DNA of 41,714 nucleotides from Candidatus Eiseniibacteriota bacterium (GTDB lineage: Bacteria; Arandabacterota; Arandabacteria; Arandabacterales; Arandabacteraceae), in assembly GCA_043810925.1 (NCBI GenBank), contig JBDRNT010000034.1, positions 1 through 41,714 on the forward strand, read 5' to 3'. Within the stretch, counting starts at the first letter, position 1; every line of letters starts with the position of its first letter. The notes under the pieces are model-generated. The model was not told the origin of the DNA. It saw nothing but the letters and a program-made list of their open reading frames with translations, and did no database searches. Of the stretch, positions 10,020-18,897 are shown in pieces. The position numbers were made by a program, and so were the translations under genes.

Positions 10020-11201
10020 ATGCCCAAGCACACAGTTGTTACGATGCCCGGCGACGGCATCGGCAAGGTTGTTCTTAAGGAGGGTCTGAAGTTGCTGGAT
10101 GCGGTCGGCTTCGAGGCCGACTATGTGTTCGCCGATATCGGATGGGAATTCTGGGTGACCGAGGGAAATCCTCTACCCAAGCGAACGCTTGATCTTCTGG
10201 AGAAGCACCGGCTGGGTCTCTTCGGAGCCATTACGTCCAAACCCAAGGATCAGGCGGCAAGTGAGCTGGCGCCCGAGCTCAAGGGAAAGGGCCACGTCTA
10301 CTATAGCCCCATCGTCGCTATGAGACAGTACTTCAATCTCGACCTCTGCATCCGGCCATGCAGGACATTCAAGGGTAATCCTCTTAACTTCGTAAGAAAG
10401 ACCAGGGATAGTTACGAAGAACCCGCAGTCGATGTGGTGGTATTCAGGCAGAACACGCAGGGGCTCTACGCAGGGGTTGAATGGACGAACCCGCCTCCCG
10501 AAGTCAGGAAGGCACTTGAAACTCACCCCAAGATGGCCGCCTTCAAGGACGTTCCCAGCGAGGACCTTGCCATCTCGACAAGGATCTTCTCCCGCGGGGC
10601 ATGTCACAGGATAATCGATGAGGGCTTTAAGTACGCCAGGAAATTCGACTATAAGTCCGTGACCATATGCGAGAAGCCGAACGTGATCCGCGAGACCTCG
10701 GGAATGATGCGTGAGGAAGCGCGGAAAATACATAAGGACTACCCCGACATTGCGCTGTGGGAAACCAACATCGATGCCCAGATGATGTGGCTCAACAAGA
10801 ATCCGGAAGACTACGGCGTGATCGTGAGCAGCAACATGTTCGGTGACATCGTTTCCGACGCTTTCGCCGGTCTGGTGGGTGGTCTGGGGTTCGCATGCAG
10901 CGCCAACGTGGGCAGGAACTGTGCGGTGTTTGAGCCCACTCACGGCTCGGCGCCCAAGTATGCCGATCTCGAACCTTCAATCGTAAATCCGATGGCGATG
11001 TTCTTAAGCAGTGCAATGATGCTCGATTACATCGGTGAAGAGAACAAGGCCAAGCGCATCAGAGATGCCATTGCCCGGGTGGTTGAAGAGGGCAAGATCC
11101 GGGCATATGACATGATGAAGCTTAAGGGCGGACCGGAAGTCCTGGGCCAGGGCGCAGCAAGCACCAGTCAGATCACCGATGCGGTGACAGCAAAACTGTA
11201 G
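10020..11201 (+). CDS. isocitrate/isopropylmalate/homoisocitrate dehydrogenase family enzyme, probably NADP-dependent
   Basis: [57 protein letters not shown] motifs; GGAGG/GAGGT RBS. Confidence 0.9.
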   Translation: MPKHTVVTMPGDGIGKVVLKEGLKLLDAVGFEADYVFADIGWEFWVTEGNPLPKRTLDLLEKHRLGLFGAITSKPKDQAASELAPELKGKGHVYYSPIVAMRQYFNLDLCIRPCRTFKGNPLNFVRKTRDSYEEPAVDVVVFRQNTQGLYAGVEWTNPPPEVRKALETHPKMAAFKDVPSEDLAISTRIFSRGACHRIIDEGFKYARKFDYKSVTICEKPNVIRETSGMMREEARKIHKDYPDIALWETNIDAQMMWLNKNPEDYGVIVSSNMFGDIVSDAFAGLVGGLGFACSANVGRNCAVFEPTHGSAPKYADLEPSIVNPMAMFLSSAMMLDYIGEENKAKRIRDAIARVVEEGKIRAYDMMKLKGGPEVLGQGAASTSQITDAVTAKL

Positions 11202-11221
11202 AGGCTTCTTGAGGAGGAATG

Positions 11222-13027
11222 ATGGGATCGACTCTTATCGAGAAGATAATCTCGGAGCACGCGGGCAAAAGCGCGAGGGCCGGGGATGTGGTGGACATGA
11301 GGATCGATGTTAGAATCGCCAGGGACTTTGGCGGGGCGAACGTGGTAAAGAACATCGAAGACCACGGACTTGGCATAGACAATCCCGAAGTCACCTTCTT
11401 CACCTTTGACTGCAATCCCACCGGGTCCGACCAGCGCTACGCGGCCAACCAGCAGCGAATCAGGCTGTTTGCCGCCAAACACAATGTCAAGGTCTATGAT
11501 ATTACTGAGGGGATCGGAACCCACATTGCTGTGGACGAAGGCCTGGTGGGCCCCGGCACGACCGTGGTTTCAACCGACTCCCATGCCAACATCGTCGGTG
11601 CAGTCGGTGCCTTCGGGCAGGGTATGGGCGACCAGGACATAGCCCATGCTTTCGCAAAGGGCCGTGTCTGGTTCAGGGTACCGCCGACAGTAAGAATAAC
11701 CATCGTGGGCCGCAGACCGGAGGGGACGACGGCCAAGGACGTCACCCTGGCGCTTCTTCAGAAGATTGGCGCGGGTGGACTTCTGGGTTTTGCAGCTGAA
11801 GTCTATGGTGAGGCCGCCGACGCGATGGATCTTTCCGAGAGGATCACCCTGGCCTCAATGGCTACTGAGATGGCCGGTATCATCATCCTTTTCCCGCCGA
11901 GCGAATCGGTGCTTTCAAAGCTTAAGGCCCTGACGGGAAAGACCTACACCGCCATCGCCGCTGACGCCGATGCCACATACGAGCGCGAGATAAAACTCGA
12001 TGTGAGCGATCTTAAGCCCCTGGTATCGCTGCCCGGCAATCCCGAAAACGTCGTGGCTCTGAGTGAAGTCATGGGGACCAGGATCCATTCGGGGTTTATC
12101 GGCTCGTGCACGAACGGCCGCTATGAGGACATGCTGGAGGCGGCACAGGTGCTCGAGGGCCGAAAGGTCGCACCCGGGGTCGTCCTAAAGATTGTCCCCG
12201 CAACCAACCGGATCTGGCGCAGGTGTCTTGAAGAGGGAATCATAAAGACGTTTAAGGATGCAGGCGCCCTTGTCGGCAACGCGGGCTGCGCGGGTTGTGC
12301 CGCCGGCCAGGTGGGCCAGAACGGCCCTGGTGAGATAACGATAAGCACAGGCAACCGCAATTTCCCCGGCAAGCAGGGCCAGGGCAAGGTCTATCTGGCA
12401 TCACCCGGGGTCGTGGCGGCATCGGCCGTTCGCGGCTTGATAGCGACACCGATGACGATCGATACGGATATCGCCGCGCGGGCGGCCGAGAAGGAGACGG
12501 CTGCCCAACCCAGACCCCAGCCGGCGGCCCAGCCGGCTACACCTCTCAAGGTCAAGGGTAAAGTGTGGGTGATCGCCGAAGACAACATAGACACGGACAT
12601 GATCTACCACAACAGGCACCTGGCCGTTACCGAAATCAGTGAGATGGGCAGTTACTGCTTCGGCAATCTCGAAGGCTGGAAGGACTTTCCCGCGAAAGTC
12701 AAGCCGGGTGATCTCGTCATAGTCGGCAGCAATTTCGGCTGCGGATCATCCCGGCAGCACGCCGTGGATTGCTTCAAGAGTCTGGGCGTCCAGGCGGTCA
12801 TCGCCAGGTCGTTCGGCGCCATCTACGAGCGAAATGCCATAAACGCAGGGCTTCCGATAGTGCAGGGAGATATCACAAGCCTTAAACTCAAGAATGGTGA
12901 TGTCATAAGCGTGGACTTCACAAGCGGCGAAGTGACAAGCGAAGCCACGGGCAAGAAGACCGACGTGAAGCCCTTCTCGGATGTTCAGCTTGAAATCTAC
13001 AAACGCGGCGGTCTGCTTTCCGGATAG
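11222..13027 (+). CDS. aconitase-family hydro-lyase, fused LeuC-like large and LeuD-like small subunits
   Basis: DSH, GSCTNGR, GCAGC (three Fe-S cysteines), STGNRNF, then a Pro/Ala/Gln linker and a swivel domain DNIDTD...NFGCGSSR; start may be 11219. Confidence 0.9.
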   Translation: MGSTLIEKIISEHAGKSARAGDVVDMRIDVRIARDFGGANVVKNIEDHGLGIDNPEVTFFTFDCNPTGSDQRYAANQQRIRLFAAKHNVKVYDITEGIGTHIAVDEGLVGPGTTVVSTDSHANIVGAVGAFGQGMGDQDIAHAFAKGRVWFRVPPTVRITIVGRRPEGTTAKDVTLALLQKIGAGGLLGFAAEVYGEAADAMDLSERITLASMATEMAGIIILFPPSESVLSKLKALTGKTYTAIAADADATYEREIKLDVSDLKPLVSLPGNPENVVALSEVMGTRIHSGFIGSCTNGRYEDMLEAAQVLEGRKVAPGVVLKIVPATNRIWRRCLEEGIIKTFKDAGALVGNAGCAGCAAGQVGQNGPGEITISTGNRNFPGKQGQGKVYLASPGVVAASAVRGLIATPMTIDTDIAARAAEKETAAQPRPQPAAQPATPLKVKGKVWVIAEDNIDTDMIYHNRHLAVTEISEMGSYCFGNLEGWKDFPAKVKPGDLVIVGSNFGCGSSRQHAVDCFKSLGVQAVIARSFGAIYERNAINAGLPIVQGDITSLKLKNGDVISVDFTSGEVTSEATGKKTDVKPFSDVQLEIYKRGGLLSG

Positions 13028-13035
13028 GAGGACAC

Positions 13036-14301
13036 ATGGGCCGGACATTTGCACAGAAACTGCTTGCCCTTAAAAGCGGCAAGAAGAGTGTTGATGTTAG
13101 TGAGATCGTTACCGTGAGACCAGATCATCTGTTAACACACGACAATACGGCTGCGATAATCTCAAAGATCGGCGATGAACTCAACACCTACGGTATCGCC
13201 GACACCGATATCCCGGTCATCGTCATCGACCACGTCGTACCCGCAAGCAACGAAAAGACGGCCGCCAACCACAAGAAGATAAGAGAGTTCGTGTCGAAGT
13301 TCGGTGTTAAGCATTTCTATGACGCCGGCCATGGCATCTGCCACCAGGTCCTGATCGCCGAAGGCCATGCTCTGCCGGGCTCGCTCATCGTGGGAAGCGA
13401 TTCACACACATGTACCTACGGGGCCGTCGGGGCGTTTGCCACCGGGATTGACAGGACCGAGGCGGCGTCAATTTTCTTAACGGGGCAGACCTGGCTTAAG
13501 GTCCCGCAGTCGATGAAGATAGAGGTCAAGGGTAGGCTCACAGGAGCAGCGTCGGCCAAGGATCTGATCTTAAGGATAATCGGTGACATCAGCGCGAGCG
13601 GAGCCAATTATCTTTCGGTTGAGTTTCACGGTGATACCGCGTCGCTAACGATTGAGGACCGGATGACCATCGCGAATATGGGTGTCGAGATGGGCGCGAA
13701 GAACGCCGTCTTCCCTGTCGATGAGGCTACCGGGGCGTTCTTGAAACAGGCGGGAGTGAGTTCGGCGTGGAAATCCGTCTGGGCGGATCCGGACGCGGAG
13801 TACATCAGGACTCTGACATACGATCTCGGCAAGATCGTGCCTACCGTCGCCAAGCCGCACAGCGTCGATAATTGTGTACCAGTCACCGAATTAGTTGGGC
13901 TTCCGATTGAGCAGTGTCTGATCGGCACATGCACCAACGGAAGGCTCGGAGACCTGCGCACAGCTGCGGCGATTCTTAAGGGCAAACAGGTTCACAAGAA
14001 CACCAGGCTCCTAATACTGCCTGCGAGCCGGGAAGTCATGCTTGAGGCACTCAAAGCGGGCATACTCCAGACCCTGATCGAAGCCGGCGGCATCGTTCTC
14101 CCGCCGGGCTGCGGTCCCTGCCTGGGAGCGCACCAGGGTGTGCTGGCTCCCGGCGAGAAATGCTTGAGTACGGCAAATCGTAACTTCAAGGGCAGAATGG
14201 GTTGTGTGGATGCTGAGATATACCTTGCGAGCCCCGCGACCGTAGCGGCGAGTGCAATCGAGGGAAGCGTAGTCGATCCGGGGAAGGTGGTAGACCTATG
14301 A
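13036..14301 (+). CDS. homoaconitase / 3-isopropylmalate dehydratase family large subunit
   Basis: THDN, IDH, GICHQ, GSDSHT, GTCTNGR, GCGPC, STANRNF, YLASP motifs; AGGAGG RBS. Confidence 0.9.
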   Translation: MGRTFAQKLLALKSGKKSVDVSEIVTVRPDHLLTHDNTAAIISKIGDELNTYGIADTDIPVIVIDHVVPASNEKTAANHKKIREFVSKFGVKHFYDAGHGICHQVLIAEGHALPGSLIVGSDSHTCTYGAVGAFATGIDRTEAASIFLTGQTWLKVPQSMKIEVKGRLTGAASAKDLILRIIGDISASGANYLSVEFHGDTASLTIEDRMTIANMGVEMGAKNAVFPVDEATGAFLKQAGVSSAWKSVWADPDAEYIRTLTYDLGKIVPTVAKPHSVDNCVPVTELVGLPIEQCLIGTCTNGRLGDLRTAAAILKGKQVHKNTRLLILPASREVMLEALKAGILQTLIEAGGIVLPPGCGPCLGAHQGVLAPGEKCLSTANRNFKGRMGCVDAEIYLASPATVAASAIEGSVVDPGKVVDL

Positions 14302-14789
14302 AGGTATGGAAGTATGATGATAATATAAATACCGATATGTTGTTTCCGGGCAAGTACACTTATACCTGTAGCACCGCCGAGGAGATAAGACCGCACCTGC
14401 TTGAGGACCTTGATCCGGATTTCGCAGGGCAGGCCCAGGCAGGGGATATCGTGATGGCAGGGGATAACTTCGGATGTGGGAGCTCGCGGGAGCAGCCGAC
14501 GGTGGGGCTTAAGGCAGTGGGGATCAAGGCAGTCGTCGCCCGGAGCTTCGCGAGAATCTTCTACAGGTCGGCAATAAACCAGGGGCTGATTCTGGTCGAG
14601 TGCCCGGAGGCTGTGGACGCCTACCATGAAAGTGACCCGGTTGACGTCGATCCCGAGGAAGGACTTATAACGGTGGCCGGCACGGAATTCAGGTTTCCGA
14701 AGCTGCCGCCGGAGATCATTGCCATCAGAGACGCTGGCGGTCTGCTTGCTTATGTTAGAAAAGAACTCACAGCCAGGGGGACGCGGTAA
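14298..14789 (+). CDS. homoaconitase / 3-isopropylmalate dehydratase family small subunit
   Basis: DNINTD-x3-PGKY, NFGCGSSREQ, SFARIFYR, GGL motifs; ATGA overlap with the large subunit. Confidence 0.9.
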   Translation: MKVWKYDDNINTDMLFPGKYTYTCSTAEEIRPHLLEDLDPDFAGQAQAGDIVMAGDNFGCGSSREQPTVGLKAVGIKAVVARSFARIFYRSAINQGLILVECPEAVDAYHESDPVDVDPEEGLITVAGTEFRFPKLPPEIIAIRDAGGLLAYVRKELTARGTR

Positions 14790-16000
14790 TGGCAAAAGGC
14801 GAAGCGGGGAAACGCGGAAAAGATGTCAGGTCGGATTGCTGGATTGCGATTGATAAGAAGAACTCCGGCGGCATCTCGCTTAAGGTGACATCGAAAGTCG
14901 AGAGCATGTACGGCGATTCGATCAGGGCAACGCTTGAAGAGGGGCTTAAGTTCTTCGGAATCAAGGATGCGACAGTGGAGCTGGAAGACCGGGGGGCTCT
15001 GCCGTTCGGGTTGATCGCACGCTTGGAAGCCGCGGTTAGAAGGCTTAATCCCGCTGAAGAGAAGCAACTCCTACCGGAGATGTTTTCGGAATGTACGTAC
15101 GCTACGACCCGGGAGAGGATGAGGCGCTCAAGGCTTTATCTCCCCGGTAACGAACCCAAGTTCGCGGTCAATGCCGGTATCCATCGTCCAGATGGCGTCA
15201 TTTTAGATCTCGAAGACAGCGTCCACCCTTCGGAGAAGGATGCAGCGCGCGTGATGGTGCGAAACGCACTAAGACAGGTTGATTTCATGGGTGCCGAACG
15301 CATGGTGCGAATAAACCAGGGCGAGATGGGTCTTCTGGATCTCGAGTTCGTGGTACCGCATAACGTCCATATCATCCTGATACCCAAGTGCGAAAGCGGC
15401 GAGGATGTGAAAACAGTCGACGCCAGGATCCAGGAGATAAGAAAACGCGAAAAGATCGATTCCGATGTGTTTCTTATGCCCATCGTCGAATCGGCTCTCG
15501 GGGCCTTGCGGGCGTATGAGATCGCGACGGCATCGCCCAGTACTGTAGCTCTAACCATAGGCCTTGAGGATTACACGGCAGATATCGGCACGCGGCGCAC
15601 AACCGAGGGGCGCGAGAGTTTCTGGGCACGCTCCCAGGTGGTAAACGCCGCGCGTGCCGCCAAGGTGCAGCCGATCGATACCGTGTTTTCCGATGTGCAG
15701 GACATGGATGGGCTTCGCGAGAGCGTGGTTGAAGCCAAGTCGCTCGGTTTCGAAGGTAAGGGCTGTATTCACCCCAGACAAATCGGTGTCATACATGAAG
15801 CCTTTGCGCCGGAGGATGCCGAGATCGAACGCGCAAAGCGGATCGTGCTCGCCTTCCAGGATGCCGAATCCAGGGGGCTTGGAGTGGTCTCACTCGGAAG
15901 CAAGATGATTGATCCTCCGGTCGTAAAGCGGGCACTCCACACCGTGGACCAGGCGATCGCTACAGGAAAGCTCGATGAGGATTGGAGGGACCAGAAATGA
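14789..16000 (+). CDS. citE: fused citrate-lyase acyl carrier (CitD-like) and citryl-CoA lyase beta (CitE-like) protein
   Basis: N-terminal ~90 aa CitD-like (SKVESMYG, DRGAL, IARLEAA); then RRSRLYLPG, LDLEDSV, VRIN, IPK, VESA, GLEDY, GKGCIHPRQ, MIDPP; TAATG overlap. Confidence 0.88.
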   Translation: MAKGEAGKRGKDVRSDCWIAIDKKNSGGISLKVTSKVESMYGDSIRATLEEGLKFFGIKDATVELEDRGALPFGLIARLEAAVRRLNPAEEKQLLPEMFSECTYATTRERMRRSRLYLPGNEPKFAVNAGIHRPDGVILDLEDSVHPSEKDAARVMVRNALRQVDFMGAERMVRINQGEMGLLDLEFVVPHNVHIILIPKCESGEDVKTVDARIQEIRKREKIDSDVFLMPIVESALGALRAYEIATASPSTVALTIGLEDYTADIGTRRTTEGRESFWARSQVVNAARAAKVQPIDTVFSDVQDMDGLRESVVEAKSLGFEGKGCIHPRQIGVIHEAFAPEDAEIERAKRIVLAFQDAESRGLGVVSLGSKMIDPPVVKRALHTVDQAIATGKLDEDWRDQK

Positions 16001-17556
16001 AAACCGATTCCGACCTTGTTCGAAATGCAGCCGGAAGGCTGGTTCCAACCGTCGCAAACGGAAAGGAACAGGTCCCTTACAAGGGCGTAGCCAAGTATAA
16101 GCCCGAAGGCACGAAGGCGGCCCCCCCTATCGCTTCATGCAGGGACTACCCGTCCGATGGTAACAAGGTGGTGAAGGACTTAAAGACCGCGCTTAAGGCC
16201 GCCGGGCTTAAGGACGGGATGACGATATCCACGCATCATCACCTCAGAGACGGCGACCTGGTCGCAAACATGATATTCGACATTGCAGCTGAGATGGGTG
16301 TTAAGGACCTGATGTGGTTTCCCAGCGCCTCCTTCCCCTGCCAGGCCAAGAACATCGACCACATGGATAGCGGTGTGATCCATCACATCGAAGGAAGTAT
16401 GAACGGTCCCCTTGGGCGCTACTGCTCCGAAGGTAAGATGCGAGGCATGGGAATGCTGAGGTCACACGGCGGCAGATACCAAGCCGTCCAGGACGGCGAG
16501 GTGCATATCGATATCGCCGTCATTGCGGCACCCACGTCCGATCCCTTCGGTAACTCAAACGGTCTCACCGGTCCCTCGGCCTGTGGTCTTCTGGGTTTCG
16601 CCCTGGCCGACTCACAGTATGCGGACAAGGTCATCGTTGTAACCGATAATCTCATTCCTTTCCCGTGCATTCCCTGGCAGATACAGGGCAACTATGTCGA
16701 CCATGTGGTAGTGGTGGATAAGCTCGGCGATCCTGAGAAGATCATCTCGGGGACGACGCAGATCACCCGGAGCCCAGACCGGCTCCTCATTGCCGAGATG
16801 ACCGCGCAGTTCGTCAGGGAAGCAGGACTCATCAAGGACGGCTTCTCCTTTCAGGCTGGTGCGGGCGGTACATCGCTAGCCTTCGCCATATTCTTAAAGG
16901 AAATGATGAAGGATGCGGGCGTGAAGGCGAGGTTCATACGTGCGGGGAGTACCAAGTATCAGGTTGAGATGCTCGAAGAGGGCCTCACCGACTATATCCT
17001 CGATGGCCAGACGTTTGATCTTGAGGGCATACGGTCGATGCGTGAGAACCCCGGTCATGTGTGGACGAGTCCGTTTACGAGCTACAACTATCACGGGAAG
17101 GGCAATTTCGCTTCGCTCTTAGATATCGTAATCCTCGGTGCCACCGAGGTCGATGTTAATTTCAACGCCAATGTCGTGACTCACTCCGATGGGCTTTTGC
17201 TTCACGGTATCGGCGGGTGGCAGAACTGCCTCTTCGGTAACTGCGTGATCCTACCCATCCCATCATTCAGAGACCGGATCCCGGTCCTGGTGGATGAGGT
17301 TACGACGCTTTGCGGTCCCGGGGAGTTGATAGATGTCATCATTACCGAACGCGGGATAGCGATAAATCCGCTCAGGAAGGATCTCCTCGATGCAGTCAAA
17401 GGATCCGATCTTCCGATAAGGTCGATCGAGGACTTAAAGGCCGGCGTCGAGAAACTCTGTGGCGGTAAGCCTCAAAAGCCGAAGTTTAAAGACAAGGTCG
17501 TGGCGGCAATCAAGTGGGTCGACGGGACCCTCATCGACTCCGTCCGCCAAGTCTAA
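15997..17556 (+). CDS. citF: citrate lyase alpha subunit / citrate CoA-transferase (CitF-like)
   Basis: LKDGMTISTHHHLRDGD, RSHGGR, FSFQAGAGG, LGATEVDVNFN, GIGG, TERGIAINP, VDGTLID; GGAGG RBS and ATGA overlap at 15997. Confidence 0.92.
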   Translation: MKTDSDLVRNAAGRLVPTVANGKEQVPYKGVAKYKPEGTKAAPPIASCRDYPSDGNKVVKDLKTALKAAGLKDGMTISTHHHLRDGDLVANMIFDIAAEMGVKDLMWFPSASFPCQAKNIDHMDSGVIHHIEGSMNGPLGRYCSEGKMRGMGMLRSHGGRYQAVQDGEVHIDIAVIAAPTSDPFGNSNGLTGPSACGLLGFALADSQYADKVIVVTDNLIPFPCIPWQIQGNYVDHVVVVDKLGDPEKIISGTTQITRSPDRLLIAEMTAQFVREAGLIKDGFSFQAGAGGTSLAFAIFLKEMMKDAGVKARFIRAGSTKYQVEMLEEGLTDYILDGQTFDLEGIRSMRENPGHVWTSPFTSYNYHGKGNFASLLDIVILGATEVDVNFNANVVTHSDGLLLHGIGGWQNCLFGNCVILPIPSFRDRIPVLVDEVTTLCGPGELIDVIITERGIAINPLRKDLLDAVKGSDLPIRSIEDLKAGVEKLCGGKPQKPKFKDKVVAAIKWVDGTLIDSVRQV

Positions 17557-17564
17557 CCAAACTA

Positions 17565-17728
17565 CCTGGGGTCAGAGCTAAAAAAGATCGCACCCCATTT
17601 CCGTAATTCGTTGTCTGACAATACGTTATGCCTAACCTATGCGAATTCTGAGCTCTGACCTCAAGCGATTTATGCACCTTTTTAGCTCTGACCCCAGGCG
17701 ATTGTGCACCTTTTTAGCTCTGACCCCA
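17565..17728. repeat. REP-like GGGGTCAG(A)/TCTGACCCC repeat cluster between convergent genes
   Basis: CCTGGGGTCAGAGCTAAAAA (17565-17584) is inverted relative to three AGCTCTGACC copies; two of these lie in near-identical ~33 bp units (17665-17697, 17698-17728). Confidence 0.75.
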
Positions 17729-18841
17729 TCAGGAAAGGTAGAAGTCTTCGATCTTCTGCATTATGGCGGGGAGGTTGAAGCGCCGGCGGGCGGATTCGCA
17801 TGCACGTATTCCGAGATCGCGTCTTAGCTCCGGGGTTTCAATGAGCGTCTCGATGGACCGGGCAAGGCTATCCACACTACGGGGCTCTGCCAGGAGACCG
17901 ACCCTGCCACCCTCCAATACCTCGGGTGTGCCTCCAGCATCCGTGCCTATACAGGGAAGACCCGATAGCATCCCCTCAACAATGCAGTTGCCGAAAGTCT
18001 CTTCATAGGTGGGCATGACGAAGATGTCGAGCGCGCTTAAGACCCTGGGGATATCGTCCCGGAAACCCATGAAGACCACAGTATCATCCATGTTGTATTC
18101 AGCGGTCTTCCGTTTGAGAAACTCCAGGTAGGGCTCGCCTTCGGCAAAGGTCGGTTCGCCTACTATAAAGAGCATCAGTTTCGAGAAGTGACGCCTGGCG
18201 ATTCTCACAGCCTCGATCAACTCATACTGTCCCTTCTGCTGGTCGATCCTGCTTGTGCAGCCGATTGCGAGGTGGTCATCGCCTATACCGAGTTCCCTTC
18301 TTACCTCAGCACGAACTTGATCGTCGAACTCGTAGCTCTCGGGTTCAAACCCGTTGGGTATCACGCGGACCTTTTCAGGGGCGACCCGCGTGCCCTCTAC
18401 AAAGCACTTCCTCCCCATCTCCGTCAGCACGATCACACCCGCGAGCTTGCTATAGACCATCCTGTGGAACAGGTCCCGCTTGGTGGTCCCCCGGAAGAGG
18501 ATTCTGCTCACGTAAAAGAGCCGGGGCGCCTTCCAGCCGACAAGCGCAGGGTAGAGCATCCAGATGTCCTTGGAGTAGTGGGTCTGGATGACATCGATCC
18601 CGTTACGTCTGAGGAAGGCCCTGATCTTGACGGCGGCCCTCGGATCGAAGTACCTGGTCATGCGTGGTACCGTGATCTGCTTAAGACCCCGGTCACGTGC
18701 TTCCTGGCTCAGGCGGCTTCCCTCGGGTACTATCGAGTGAACCTCATGTCCCCTGTTTCCAAGGTTCCCGGCCCATCTCAAGGCGGACATCTCAAGCCCG
18801 CCCCACGACGTCGAAAGACATACATTGGCAATTTTCAACAT
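17729..18841 (-). CDS. glycosyltransferase family 4 (GT-B)
   Basis: WGGLE, VIPNG, SRIDQQKG, FMGFRDD, EETFGNCIVEGM (E-x7-E), GGTPEV motifs. Confidence 0.9.
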   Translation of the reverse strand: MLKIANVCLSTSWGGLEMSALRWAGNLGNRGHEVHSIVPEGSRLSQEARDRGLKQITVPRMTRYFDPRAAVKIRAFLRRNGIDVIQTHYSKDIWMLYPALVGWKAPRLFYVSRILFRGTTKRDLFHRMVYSKLAGVIVLTEMGRKCFVEGTRVAPEKVRVIPNGFEPESYEFDDQVRAEVRRELGIGDDHLAIGCTSRIDQQKGQYELIEAVRIARRHFSKLMLFIVGEPTFAEGEPYLEFLKRKTAEYNMDDTVVFMGFRDDIPRVLSALDIFVMPTYEETFGNCIVEGMLSGLPCIGTDAGGTPEVLEGGRVGLLAEPRSVDSLARSIETLIETPELRRDLGIRACESARRRFNLPAIMQKIEDFYLS

Positions 18842-18897
18842 AGCCGGATCATAACACAGCCATATAAGCGGACAAGTGTGGAATCAGGGAGTGATGC

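Noticed and set aside
10020-14789. Labelling as a leuB-leuC-leuD leucine operon
   Set aside because: No leuA is present, the dehydrogenase has an NADP-type KY motif, motifs look homoaconitase-like, and the genes are coupled to citrate-lyase subunits; symbols were withheld.
17641-17728. Possible mini-CRISPR of ~33-bp units
   Set aside because: Units are directly adjacent with no unique spacers, and an inverted copy lies upstream.
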